Part shown: positions 1-13,574 of the stretch, piece after piece | How the letters are laid out: each line of letters begins with the position of its first letter | Numbering within the stretch: the stretch's first letter is position 1 | Source of the DNA: Octopus vulgaris | Lineage: Eukaryota | Direction: 5' to 3' | Length of the DNA stretch: 64,000 nt | Assembly: GCA_951406725.2 (NCBI GenBank) | Contig: OX597818.1 | Location: 70,618,001-70,682,000, forward strand | Made by a program: the position numbers and the translations under genes | The notes under the pieces: model-generated | The model's input: only the letters and a program-made list of their open reading frames with translations | Told to the model about the DNA's origin: nothing | Database searches by the model: none

Positions 1-1735
1 AGCCTTCAACAGGGTCCCCCGATCCCTTATCTGGTGGTCAATGAGGAAACTAGGGATAGATGAATGGTTAGTGAGAGCTGTGCGAGCCATGTACAGCGAC
101 GCTGCTAGTAAGGTGAGGGTTGGCAATGAGTACAGTGAAGAATTCCGGGTAGAGGTTGGGGTCCACCAAGGTTCAGTCCTCAGCCCCCTCCTATTTATCA
201 TAGTCCTCCAGGCAATAACGTAGGAATTCAAGACAGGATGCCCCTGGGAGCTCCTCTATGCTGACGACCTTGCTCTAATTGCTGAGTCACTATCAGAATT
301 AGAGGAGAAGTTTCAGGTGTGGAAGCAAGGATTAGAATCGAAGGGCCTTAGAGTCAACCTAGCTAAAACCAAAGTCCTAATAAGTAGGAAGGTAGACACA
401 AATCACAAATGCCTTCAGGTAGATGGCCCTGCTCGATCTGTAGAAAAGGTATAGGTAGAAACTCTATACGATGCACCAAGTGTAAGCTATGGACTCATAA
501 GAGGTGCAGCAATGTCAAAGGAAGGCTAACTAGGAAAATAATTTTTGTATGTGGCAGATGCTCAGGAGCAATAAACACTGAAAATGCGCAGGGACCAACT
601 TCCACCACATTCCAGGGAGAAAAACTAGAAATAGTTGATAGCTTCCATTACCTAAGTGACCAAGTCAGTAGCGAGGGTGGGTGTGCTGAAAGTGTAACTG
701 CTAGAGTAAGAATAGCTTGGGCAAAGTTCAGAGAGCTCTTACCCCTGCTGGTGACAAAAAGCCTCTTGCTCAGAGTAAAAGGCAGACTGTATGATGCATG
801 TGTATGAACAGCCATGCTACATGATAGTGAAACATGGGCTGTGACTGCTGAGGATATGCGTAAGCTCGCAAAAATAAAGCCAGTATGCTCTGATGAATGT
901 GTAATGTCAGTGTTTGTACTCGACAGAGTGTAAGTACCTTGAGAGAAAAGTTGGACCTAAGAAGCATCAGTTGTGGTGTGCAAGAGAGACGTTTGCGCTG
1001 GTATGGTCATGTGACAAGAATGGCTGAAGATAGTTGTGTGAAAAAGTGCCACACCCTAGTGGTTGAGGGAACCTGTGGAAGAGGTATACCCAGGAAAACC
1101 TGGAATGAGGTGGTGAAGCACGACCTTCAAACTTTAGGTCTCACTGAGGAAATGACTAGAGACTGAGACCTATGGAAGTCTGCTGTGCGTGAGAAGACCC
1201 GGCAGGACAATTGAGACCATAACCCGTGGCCTCTACCTGGGATGTAGCCAGTCCACTTATGCATACCTTTCCTTCTTGGGACACAAAACTCTACTTGTGA
1301 AGACCAGTTGAGGCAAGTGAGAATCAGAATCAAAATCGAAATCGATCAACATCAATGGAAATTGTAGCTGTGATACCAGTGCCGGTGGCACATAAGCGAA
1401 CCATCCGATCGTGGCCGTTGCCAGCCTCGCCTGGCCCCCATGCCGATGGCACGTAAAAAGCACCATCCGATCGTGGCCATAGCTAGCCTCGCCTGGCCCC
1501 CATGCTGGTGGCACGTAAAAAGCACCATCCGACCGTGGCCATTTGCCAGTCCCGTCTGGCAGGTAAAAAGCACCCACTACACTCATGGAGTGGTTGGCGT
1601 TAGGAAGGGCATCCAGCCGTAGAAACATTGCCAGATCAGACTGGGCCTGGTGTTGCCTTCTGACCTCCCAGACCCCAGTTGAACCGTTCAACCCATGCTA
1701 GCATGGAAGGCGGACGCTAAATGATGATGATGATC
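1..1735 (+). mobile_element. RTE-clade LINE, 3' half (RT domain with PHD-like insert, 3' UTR, (ATG)n tail); disrupted, runs off the window start
   Basis: RT motifs GVHQGSVLSPLLF, LLYADDL (about 250-270), RLRWYGHV and GRGIPRKTW across broken ORFs 41-223, 409-807 and 897-1166; in-frame stops; ends in CAACCCATGCTAGCATGGAAGGCGGACG followed by (ATG)n. Confidence 0.93.
1380..1575 (+). repeat. About 61-bp tandem units in the RTE 3' UTR
   Basis: Recurrent TGGCACGTAAAAAGCACCATCCGATCGTGGCC unit, about 3 copies; related arrays in the copies at 6.7 kb and 10.1-10.45 kb. Confidence 0.85.
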
Positions 1736-1740
1736 AAGAT

Positions 1741-1976
1741 CTTATTTCTTTATTGCCAACAAGGGCTAAACATAGAGGGGACAAACAAGGACAGATAAAG
1801 GGATTAAGTCAAATACATCGACCCCAGTGCATAACTGGTACTTAATTTATCAACCCTGAAAGGATGAAAGTCAAAGTCAACTTTGGCAAAATTTGAACTC
1901 AGAGCATAAAGGCAGATGAAATACTGCTTAGTATTTCGCCTGGCATGCTAACATTTCTGCCAGCTCCCCCTGCCTT
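1741..1976 (-). mobile_element. tRNA-derived SINE with Nin/Deu-like central domain (family A)
   Basis: Reverse strand gives a B-box-like GAGTTCAAATT followed by CTTTCATCCTTTCAGGGTTGATAAATTAAGTACCAG; many copies in the window. Confidence 0.75.
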
Positions 1977-2099
1977 CAACATCAAGATCTATTGACAATT
2001 TGTTATCAAGGTCACAAAGACCAAAGGAAAAATGGATTATGATCTCTAGTCTTTCTCCTTCAATTATGTTATTAGAAATTGAAAGAGATTTACCAGCTT

Positions 2100-2255
2100 A
2101 ATCAATCTGCTAGAAATAGCAGCCAAATCACTTTCAAATTGCATTCTACAGTCCTAGTCATAGAAACTTTAGGTCTTAAAAAAAGGTGGGATGGTCATGG
2201 TTAGGATAGCTTTAATCATAAGTGTACTCAGTCAGATTTAAACAACAACAACAAA
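2100..2255 (+). repeat. Old dispersed repeat (TGCTAGAAATAGCAGCCAAATC...AAACAACAACAA); also about 8420-8640(+), 8905-9110(-), 16270-16480(-), 27170-27300(-), 41620-41800(+), 51290-51465(+), 60740-60890(-)
   Basis: Recurrent diverged motif ending in (CAA)n; probably a SINE/LINE tail, class not determined. Confidence 0.55.
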
Positions 2256-2611
2256 GCACCACCTAAAATAGTTTTACGTGACAGTCCCCGGGGCATCAAT
2301 TTTTTACTTCCACCCAGCCATGTCCCCTTACTTTTGTTTCAATGAAAATATTTACCCAATCTTTAGTCACAACACTGTACATGTTAACTAAACTTTAGCC
2401 ACTTCACTGTATATTTCACCAATCATCAAAACACTGCAAATATAAGATATCTCAGGAATTTTTCTAATCATAAAAATGTGTCAAACAGATTTTTATGCTC
2501 AAAATTTATTTTTTAAATATATTTAAGTTAAAAATATAAATAGATAAAAGCTACATATATGTGGATTGTTTAACAAATACTAGGATTTGTTAGCATGTGA
2601 GATAATAACAC

Positions 2612-2653
<42 letters not shown>

Positions 2654-2879
2654 TATTATTATTATTATGATGATGATGATGATGATGATGATGCCTGTCC
2701 TTCTATGCCTGCAAAATATTGACAGATAAAAGTAGTTCTTTCAGAAAGCTTACAACAATATTTTTATCTCCACTGGAGTCTGATGCAACTCCCCAGCTTG
2801 CCAACTCTGGTCAAACCATCCAACCCATGTCAACATGGACAATGGACATTAAATAATGATGATGATGTATATATATATA

Positions 2880-3742
2880 CAGGTTGCAGTGAATAAACTG
2901 TCGTCTAAATTACACAAAAATGAAAATAACACTGACATCTCAATTTAACAGATGTATTTACCAAAATTACATAAAAATATCTTGAAATACTAAAGAGTAA
3001 ATCTATTCAATAAAATCGCTGTTGGTTTCAACCACGGCCTCCAGACAACTTCGAAATTTCCTGCAACTCTTCCAAACAGTCTCCTTGTTTAAGTAGGTGA
3101 ATGCTGCCATAATCCTTGCCTTCAGTTCATCTTTGGTGTTACAAAGAGTTTTGTTGGTCTCTTGCTCAACTGCGCCCCACACATAATAATCAAGAGGGTT
3201 GCAGTCTGAGGAGTTAGGGGGTCAGATGTTAGGGGTGCTGTAGTCGCAGAAATTGTCTGAGTTCTCCTGCTTGTGTGGCCTGGTGCGGAGTCCTTTTGCC
3301 AGACATAGGATCTTCCAGCAGCCACCCTTTTGACCCAGGGCAGCACTACTTCCTCCAGGCACTTGATGTAGGCTTCTGTGTTGAGTCTGTGAGAAGATGA
3401 GTGGAGACATAACAACGCCATCAATAGTAATCATTCCAAACACCACAATGTTGACTGGATGCTTGATTTTTATCACTCTTGGTACAGGTTCTCAGATTGC
3501 ACTGTGCTCAGACTGACATCCAAATACTCTGAAATGTTCATATAGGAGCTTCCGGTGCAAATGCCAAGCAGTACAAAGTTTCCAAATTTCTTACAGAGTG
3601 AATTGCATCATGGTGCTGATTTTTCCACAGACAGTGCCCAACAGACCCTACTATGCTGTGTAGTCGACAAAATCAAAAGCAAACAATGCACATGTGCAAA
3701 ATTAAAAATACAAAATAGCGACAATTTACCCATTGCACCTTG
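2880..3742 (-). mobile_element. Tc1/mariner-superfamily element, internally deleted
   Basis: Imperfect TIRs CAGGTTGCAGTGAATAAACTGTC and (reverse complement of right end) CAAGGTGCAATGGGTAAATTGTC, flanked by TA; minus ORFs give YVWQKDSAPGHTSRRTQ (QQDxAPxH motif). Confidence 0.85.
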
Positions 3743-3744
3743 TA

Positions 3745-3992
3745 TACATATACATACATACATACATACATACATACATACATACATACATACATACATA
3801 CATACATACATACATACATACATACATACATACATACATACATACATACATACATACATACATACATACATACATACATACATACATACATACATACATA
3901 CATACATACATACATACATACATACATACATACATACATACATACATACATACATACATACATACATACAAATACATACATACATACATACA

Positions 3993-4024
<32 letters not shown>

Positions 4025-4026
4025 CA

Positions 4027-4060
<34 letters not shown>

Positions 4061-5180
4061 CATACATACATACATACATACACACATACACACATACATA
4101 AATACATACATACATACATACATACATACACACACATACATACATACATACATACATACATACATACATACATACACATACATACACACATACATACATA
4201 CATACATACATACATACATACATACATACATACACATACATACATACATACATACATACATACATACATACACACATACACACATACATATATACATACA
4301 TACATACATACATACATACATACATACATACATACACACATACATACATACATACATACATACATACATACATACATACATACATACATACATACATACA
4401 CACATACATACATACATACATACACATACATACATACATACATACATACATACATACATACACACACACATACATACATACATACATACATACACACATA
4501 CACACATACATACATACATACATACATACATACATACATACATACACACATACATATATACATACATACATACATACATACACACATACATACATACATA
4601 CATACATACATACATACACATACATACATACATACATACATACATACCACATACATACATACATACATACATACATACATACATACACATACATACATAC
4701 ATACATACATACATACATACATACATACACACATACATACATACATACATACATACATACATACATACATACATACATACATACACATACATACATACAT
4801 ACATACACACATACATACATACATACATACATACATACATACATACACACATACATACATACATACATACTGACATACATACATACATACATACACACAT
4901 ACATACATACATACATACATACATACATACACACATACATACATACATACATACATACATACATACATACATACATACATACATACACACATACATACAT
5001 ACATACATACCCTACATACATACATACATACATACATACATACATACATACATACATACATACATACATACATACATACATACATGCATGCACACATACA
5101 TACATACATACATACATACACACATACATACATACATACATACATACATACATACATACATACATACATACATACATACA

Positions 5181-5226
<46 letters not shown>
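3745..5226. repeat. About 1.5-kb (TACA)n microsatellite with CA/TA variants
   Basis: Read directly; source of the HTYI/MYVC pseudo-ORFs. Confidence 0.99.
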
Positions 5227-5481
5227 ATGAAAGACAGCCAGAAATAATGAGCAATCCTAAACTAATGTGAATTGAATGATTAAGATAATAGAGCATATAT
5301 ATGTATATGTAAATTCATATATTTATATATGTGTGTATGTCTGTCTGTCTGTCTGTATGTATGTGAGAGAGGGAGAGAGTAACTTCATCATATTTACTTC
5401 CCTTGTGTCAGTTATTACATAGAAACTGCCCCACATTTTTTCTTTCTACTCTGTTCCCCGTCTCTGCTCACTCTTTCTCTT

Positions 5482-5527
<46 letters not shown>

Positions 5528-5789
5528 CATTCTCTGTGTCTTACTGGTGACAGCTATGACATCAAGCTGTGTAAGTTGAATGATACCAAGTGTTTACATG
5601 TGAATATGTATGTTTGTGTATCAATATATGGACATACACACTTATGCCATCATCATCAGCATCATCACGTTTCTATCCATTTTCCATGCCGGCACAGGCA
5701 GGAGCTTTGACAAGAATCTGACCATGTGCATATTTGTGTGTGTGTGTGTGTGAGTGTGAGTGTGTGCATGTGAGAATATGTGCAAGTCC

Positions 5790-6440
5790 ATGCAACAGAT
5801 GCATACAAGTGCTAAGACCAAACTGAGGATCCCAACTGTTATACGAAGAGCAGGGATGCAGGATCAGTTGAACCAAGTGTTGGCTGCTATACACAATGGT
5901 TGAGTGGTTGAGCTAGCATGGGCAGAATGGAAGAAATGGCATCCACAGCATATTTATATAAAGGAGAGTAAAATCTATGGAGCCTTACGGAAATGTTTCA
6001 CCAGTTATTCCATAGATTTTACTCCCCTATCTCAGTCACATCAACATAAAAGACCCTGAAATTCTCTTCGATCTCATTAATGACATTTTCGTATAACTTT
6101 TGGGATTGAACCTGTCTACACCAAATCACAGTGAATTTGTTTGTGGAAAGTGCTCCCAGCAGAAACCAAGGATACAATTCAAGGATTGTTTAAAGTCCTT
6201 TTTGAAGGCATTTGAAATATGGGAGTTCAATTTGGAAAGTTTAGCTGGTCATCACCATCAGTGGAGGTAAAAGGCAAACGAAGGAGTAGGTATTCTCAAA
6301 AACACCTATTTTTCTTGCAGAACTCGAGTGAGCTCGTCTAAAATTCACCATCAGTGTGGCGAAAGGGTGACGCTTGGTCTGCAATATCTGCAAACATGTA
6401 TGTTTATCAATAGATAAGCTCCAAAGTGACCAGTGAAGTA
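5790..6440 (+). mobile_element. Old RTE-like LINE C-terminal remnant, interrupted about 5985-6140
   Basis: GKCSQQKPRIQFKDCLKSFLKAF...LESLAGHHHQWR from about 6145, then a CNICKHVC zinc-finger-like end. Confidence 0.6.
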
Positions 6441-6501
6441 TTCTTCTGTCAAGAGTAGACAGCCATCATGCATGTATGCGTGTGAAGGCATGTATATATA
6501 T

Positions 6502-7035
6502 ATCATCATCATCGTCGTCATCATTTAACGTCCGCTTTCCATGCTGGCATGGGTTGGACGGTTTGACTGAGGGCTGGCAAGCCAGAAGGCAACACCTGGC
6601 TGCAGTCTGGTCTGGCAAATTTTCTACAGCTGGATGCCCTTCCTAATGCCAACCACTCCAAGAGTGTAGTGGGTGCTTTTTACATGCCACCAGCATGGGA
6701 GCCAGTCAAGTTGCACTGGCAACAACCAAGCTTGAATGGTGTTTTTTACTTGCCAATGGCATGAGACCAATCAGCTGGCACTGGCATTGACCACACTCAA
6801 ATGGTGCTTTTTACATGCCACCAGCACTGTCATCGGCCACTTTAATGACATCACTTGACTCAACAGGTCTTCAAAAGCACAATTTATGGCCCAATGATTG
6901 AAGGTTACTCTTAAATGGGCCAGTTAGGCTGCACTGGCATAGGCCACAGTTACAGTTTCATTTGGCTTGTCGGGTCTTCTCAAGCACAGCATATCCCAAA
7001 AGGTCTGTCACTTGTCATTGCCTCTGTGAGGCCCT
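6502..7035 (-). mobile_element. 3' UTR fragment of the RTE family at 1-1735
   Basis: Reverse complement of the tail and UTR (CATCATC...TTAACGTCCGCTTTCCATGCTGGCATGGGTTG, GGATGCCCTTCCTAATGCCAACC). Confidence 0.88.
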
Positions 7036-7058
7036 ATATATATGTGCATATATATATG

Positions 7059-7125
<67 letters not shown>

Positions 7126-7617
7126 CTATTTATTTTTAGGAGCTATGGCAGAAAATGCTTGCCCAAGTGTCATGCTGTAGACTGAACCTGAAACCACATG
7201 ATTGGGAAGTAAGCTTCTTAACCATCACAACCATACCTGGTATATGTGCACGTGTATTTGTTACACATATGTCCATGTGTATGTGTAGTGTATATGTTTA
7301 TGTATGTGTAGTCATCACTAAAACATATCCCATCAAATTAGCTGCTTCTTCGATGATGGTTAATACCTGCTCACTGTGTGTCTATCAGTAATGAAAGGAA
7401 ATAATAGGCTATGGAAAATGACTTTTTATTTACCTGATCCTTTCCCTTCATGAGGTTAGATTCAATAGAATTTGTGTGCCATAGACGCAAGAGTACCTGC
7501 GTTTCAGCATTTCAGCAGAATGCTTTATGTTACCTGATGGAATATCTGACAGATGATACCTTACACACAAACACACAGAGTGAGTGAGTGAGGTGAGGGG
7601 AAGAGATAACCAGCCTG

Positions 7618-7648
<31 letters not shown>

Positions 7649-9876
7649 AAGAGTGAGTGAGCTGGAATAGAATAATTGGCAACCACTTAAATATACAGAG
7701 AATGTGTTTTGGCCCCATGTAAAAGTATCCATTTCATTTGTAACTGACCCCTACCTCCTATCCAGAAGCAAAGTTATTCTCTCCGCCACTTAAATCCATG
7801 GAGGAAAAGTGTAAAAAGAAAATTGACATATACCATCAGTAACTATTATTTACAGAATTGTGTATCCACACAATAATTTATCTTCTATAAATTCAGAATT
7901 ATTGTGGATTTATTCATGTATTCTGAAATAGCTCTGATGGAAGGGTTGTGTTTTATTATTATCTTCTCTTCGGTTTTACATCACATTCATTCATAGTTAT
8001 TCTTGAGCTAAACAGAATCTTTTTCTTTTCTTTTTTTTTGTACATTGTAATATAGTATATAGCCTGTCACTTCATAATTTACTAACCAACCTTTCAGCTC
8101 TCCATTAGCATCTATGAGGCAGTGAGGATGATGATGATGATGAGGATGAGGATGGTGATGATGATGATAAAGAAGATAATAATGTTAATAGTTTGAGCCG
8201 TTGCTGATTCCTGTAAACTTGCACATATTCTTCAGGTTATTTATTTATTTATTTATTCATTCATCTTTGGTAAAAGCTTTCACAGAAATTGAAGTTTTGC
8301 TGTTGCATGGTAAACGACCATCATGGATTGAAGAATGTTTGTGGGTGGATGTAGAGAGTATGAAATGTTAGCTTCTCCACTGAAGACTTGTATTACCATT
8401 TCTCATGCTGTCTTCACCATTAATTAGTCTGGAAAATAGCAGAATTGCCTGTAGTAATTACAGGCTCAACCTGCAAGAAATGCCATCCAAATCTCCCTCA
8501 AATCTAACAGTTTATAACAAAAGGAATGACACACTGGACAAAGTGTTAGTTGTCTGGTAAATGATGAAATGGTCGTGTCTGGAACGCCTTTGATTTAGAT
8601 AATCTGGATCAGGCTGGAGCTGCATTTGAACACCAGACCTTTGAGTAGTTTATGTAAATGATTTACTGCTCAATGTTTATTAAAATAAAAACTGCAGGAA
8701 TCCCAAATTAATGGCATTGTGAGGAGGTAAAAAAAAGGAATGGCTGAAATATTGAATTAGAGATTTAATTGTTGAAACAATGAAGATAACAAGGCAAAAC
8801 TTCATCTGTATCATTGACTTGGATGAAAATAATAAACAGTTTGTAGAGAGGACGAGAAATCTTAGGAGAGATGGAGGAAACAGATCTATTATGAGGTTAG
8901 TGATTGAGGCTTGCTGTTATTTAGACCCTGATCATTGCTAATTAGGCAACCCTGTGGTCAAAGGTGTTCCAGTTGTGACCATCTTGTTTAATTTTCAGAT
9001 ATATCTAGGATTATATTATCCAGTTTCTTACTATTTTAAGTTGAAGCTAAGAATTTGAAAGACATTTAGCAGTCATTTCTATCAGGTTTAGTGACCAATA
9101 GAGACTCTCTTATAAGCTATTATTAAATGACCATCAGGTTACCCGTTGAAAATTATAGGGGTTATTTCTCCCCTTTTTAGTTATTCTTGTTTGTGTTTCA
9201 AACCTTTAGTGGTTTTCTTGTTTTGTTTTGTCTACTTTCAGTTATTATTTTTTTTCCTCCTTTCACTCCGTTATTGTCATTCACATGCAAACATACATAC
9301 ATACATGCATATATCAATATATACATACATATATATATATATATAAATGTATGTGTATTTTTACAATGTGTACAAATAACATGGAAAAAATAAATAGTTA
9401 CCAGGATAACAAAAATTCACAAAAGTGCCAAGAATATTACAGCCTACTTATAAAGGTAGAAATTCCAGGATTAAGTGAAATGTTTTTGTATAACATATCT
9501 GATGAAGGCGAATGCTGGCAAGTTATTTTTTAAAAAAACATTAATAGATTTAACGTCAAAGGCAATTTAGAGAAAGAGAAGGAGGAGAAAGAAAGAAATT
9601 AACAGAAAATTAAGAGTAGAGAAATTCCCTCTGGAATAATATTAATGTTTTCTTCGAAACATATGTCGGAAGTATAAAGATTTGAATAACACCTGCGTTT
9701 GACTCCATTTCTTAATTTATCTACCTATCCATCTATCTATATATCTATCTACCTACCTACCTACCTACCTACCTACCTACCTACCTACCTACCTATCTAT
9801 CTATCTATCTACCTACCTACCTACCTACCTACCTACCTACCAACCTACCTACCTATCTACCTACCTACCTACCTAC

Positions 9877-9943
<67 letters not shown>

Positions 9944-10931
9944 CATCATCATCATTGTCGTTTAATGTCTGCTTTCCATGCTAGCATGGGTTGGACGGTT
10001 TGACTGAGGGCTGGAGAACCAGATGACTGCACCAGGCTCCAGTCTTGATCTGGTGGAGTTTCTACAGCTGGATGCCCTTCCTAACGCCAACCACTCCGAG
10101 AGTGTAGTGGGTGCTTTTACATGCCACTGGCATGGGGGCCAGTCAGGCGGTACTGGCAATGGCTTCGCTCGAAATTTTTTACACATGCCAATGGCACAGG
10201 TACCAGTAAGGCGATGCTGGTAACAATCCCACTCGAATGGTGCCTCCTATATGCCACCAGTGTGGAAGCCAGTTAGCCACTCTGGCAACGATCATACTCG
10301 GATGGTGCTCTTAGCACCCTACTAGCACGGGACACAAGTGCCAGTAAGGTGAAGCTGGCAATGATCACACTCAAATGGTGCCTTTTATGTGCCACTGGCA
10401 TAGAAGCTGGTTAGCCGTTCTGTCAATGATCACACTCGTATGGTGCTCGTGCCCGTCATCAAATTTCACTTTGATTTTGATTTTGATTTCACTTGCCTCA
10501 ACAGGTCTTCGCAAGCAGAGTTTAGTGTCCAAAGAAGGAAAAGGTATGCACAAGTGGGCTGGTTACACCCCTGGCACTGGCCACGAGGTTATGGTCTCAT
10601 TTGGCTTGCCAGGTCTTCTCAAGCACAGTATATTTTCAAAGGTCTCGGTCACTAGTCATTTCCTTGGTGAGACCTAAAGTTCGAAGGTCGTGCTTCACCA
10701 CTTCATCCCAGGTTTTCCTGGGTCTACCTCTCCCACAGGTTCCCTCAACCGCTAGAGTGTGGCACTTTTTCACACAGCTATCCTCATCCATTCTCGCTAC
10801 ATGACCATACCAGCGCAGTTGTCTCTCTTGCACATCACAACTGATGCTTCTTAGGTCCAACTTTTCTCTCAAGGTACTTACACTCTGTCGAGTATGCACA
10901 CTGGCATTACACATCCATTGGATCATACTGG

Positions 10932-10935
<4 letters not shown>
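9944..10935 (-). mobile_element. 5'-truncated copy of the same RTE family (ORF end plus 3' UTR)
   Basis: ORF 10636-10989(-) nearly matches ORF 897-1166 (LRWYGHVARMDEDSCVKKC...GRGRPRKTW); full tail present. Confidence 0.93.
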
Positions 10936-10968
<33 letters not shown>

Positions 10969-12389
10969 CTCACACACACACACACACACATCTTAGCCTC
11001 TTTTTCTTCTCTCATCTGAACTCTCCTACCTAATTTTCATTTCTCAAAATTTTCTTTCATTCTTCAGTATTATTTCATCACATTATATCACTAACCCTCA
11101 CTCTCTATCTTTCTTCTTTTCATCTGTCTTCTTTTATTCATGCTTACTCCATTCCCACTTTATTTCATCCCTCCCCATATTTTCCCCATCAGCTCACATG
11201 ACTGCCTGTCTCAAAACCTGCTTCCGCCCAACCTGTCAGTCTTCCATTTATCAATTTATTTATGTCATCTACCATTCTTCGTAATATTTTCTTTCTCTCT
11301 CTTTCACTTTGTTTGGACAGGGGAAAATACTTCCCTTTTTTCTTGGAAACAGATGGGGGTTGGTGACAGGGAATCTGGCCATGAAAAATCTCTCTCAACA
11401 AATTCTGTTCAACTCATTCAAGCATGGAAAAAAAAGTTATTAAAAATGATGATAATGATGGTTGTTGTTGTTTTGTGGCAGTGATGATGTCAGAATAAAT
11501 ACTACAAAATATTTCATCTGATACTCCAAAGACTGCCAAATTCCCCACCTGTTGACCATGGAGGAATGCAAAACAAACATAAATCCAGTTTTTGATTTCA
11601 AACCAGAAGACAATTTGGAAGAGTTAATATTTTCCCTTTTCTGTTAGTATCAGGTTTCTCAGTTTCTAAAAATGGCAATATTTTGGTAAATGAAGGCACT
11701 TAGGTAGATATTTATTGGTGCTCAGCTTAACTCATCTTGTACTTAACTAGCAACAGAAGTTGGGACTGGCTATAGTGATGGTGGTGGTGGTGGTGGTGGT
11801 GGTGGATGTAGTTGCTCAGGAAAGTGGTGTAATTCACTGATTCAGGGGAAAACTTAGTAAATCAAATCATTACACTGTAGAATGATTGATTTAATAAACG
11901 TAATGACTCTCATTCTTCCTATACACACACACTTTACCCTTTCTTTCTCTCTCTCTCTCTCAATGGTTCCTTTATTGATGTACTTACTGACTTTAATCCC
12001 CAGCTAGAAGAATCCTTCACTCTCCTGAGGGTCTTCTGTCCCCTTTGGGTTCATTCAAAGCATTCATCATTGGATTTCATGACCACATTTCACAACCCCT
12101 CAAAGTTCACAGCTCATATTTCACACACATCCATTGCTATATTTGCATGTAGCACATCCGGCTGCAATTAAATTCCTCATCGCTCTTATTTCCTTCAACT
12201 GTCTCCTCTTGTATTGCCATTCAGTTATGCTGCCAATTGTCTTGATTAAATTGCTGAGATTAATTTTCCTGGAACTACAAGACCATGTCTATCAACTTGT
12301 GTAATCAGCTAATCCATCCAGTCAAAACAATTTTTATTCTTTTCCATATAAATATTTTAAAATCCTTGTTAATATTTCATTTCTTTTAT

Positions 12390-12505
12390 CACCACCATCA
12401 CCATCGACGACAACAACAACAACACTATCACCACCACCACCACCACTATCACCACCACCACCACCACCACCATCACCACCATTACCATCATCAGCATCAT
12501 CAACG
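12390..12505. repeat. (CAC/CAT/CAA)n trinucleotide tract
   Basis: Read directly. Confidence 0.9.
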
Positions 12506-13108
12506 TAGGTCTAACAGTATTAGTTTCATCTTCCATCTTTGCAAATAGAACCATACACACACTGATACACACACACGCATTGAAGGAAGCCCTCCTTCAC
12601 AAGTGGTCATGGTATTTTTATATTATCAGGGTTTATTCCAAATACATAAGAACTAATAAACAGAGGTCTCCACCTGAGCTGAGGAAAATAAGGAATCATT
12701 GACTTTGCAAATTTATCGTTGTGTAACGGACATCAAATTCCTCCCCCTCCTCCAATAATCAGGTTTAAACTGGTTTAGCATGCTTTTAGTAGAAACTTCA
12801 TCAAGAGGAGGTCATGTATCCATGTGTGTGTGTGTGCATACATGCATATATATATATATATTATGTGTGTGTATATGTATATATGTGAATAAGCGTATAT
12901 ATTTATGTGTATATATATGTATGTGTACGTGTGTGTGTGTGTGTCATTTGAATTAAAACACACATCGACACATACTATATATGTGATGACTGCAAAAACA
13001 ATGAGGTGAAAAGCTATGTATGTCTGTCTGTGTGTCTGTCTTACTGTATGTATGTGAGCGTCATCACATTTTGTATGATAATGTGATTGTGTCTGTGATT
13101 GTGTCTGT

Positions 13109-13570
13109 GGCTCACTTTATGCTTCTTATTCTACAGCCACACCAGCAATCCAATGTCAACCCTTCGCCTTCTGCAACATTTCAACAGTTCACTTCCCTGT
13201 TGCCTTCACCCATTGCAGCCCCTTTCCAGACTGGACCCATTTACATACAACATTACACCTACATTCACTCAGCTGTCAACCATTCAATGGATCGTGTTGG
13301 ATGCAGCACCGACCGTTGCAAAGGAGACTATATCCACTGACAGCTTCTCAGTGTGTTCAAAAGTCACACACACCCCACCCCCTACCTCAGGACCTGGATT
13401 CCTTCAAATGGATGCAGGACATCTCACTTAGTCAAATTAGTTCATCATTTATTCCACAAATGTTTTGTCACCAATGCTTCACTTTCCTGTATCACTTGTT
13501 TCAAAATAACTGTCATATATATACAAACTATGCTCTTTTAATCCCGAGCAACGCCGGGTATCGCTGCTAA
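13109..13570 (+). mobile_element. Helitron 3' end fragment, related to 56074-57648
   Basis: Ends with hairpin CCCGAGCAACGCCGGG then TATCGCTG and CTAA (CTRR); homologous to 56074-56548 on the opposite strand. Confidence 0.8.
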
Positions 13571-13574
13571 TCAA

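Noticed and set aside
3555-5270. 571-aa ORF and overlapping ORFs of about 380-510 aa
   Set aside because: Stop-free translations of (TACA)n; not genes.
7420-7560. Minus-strand splice-like signals (CAG|GTAAAT, CAG|GTAAC)
   Set aside because: No coherent exon or frame; such motifs are expected by chance.
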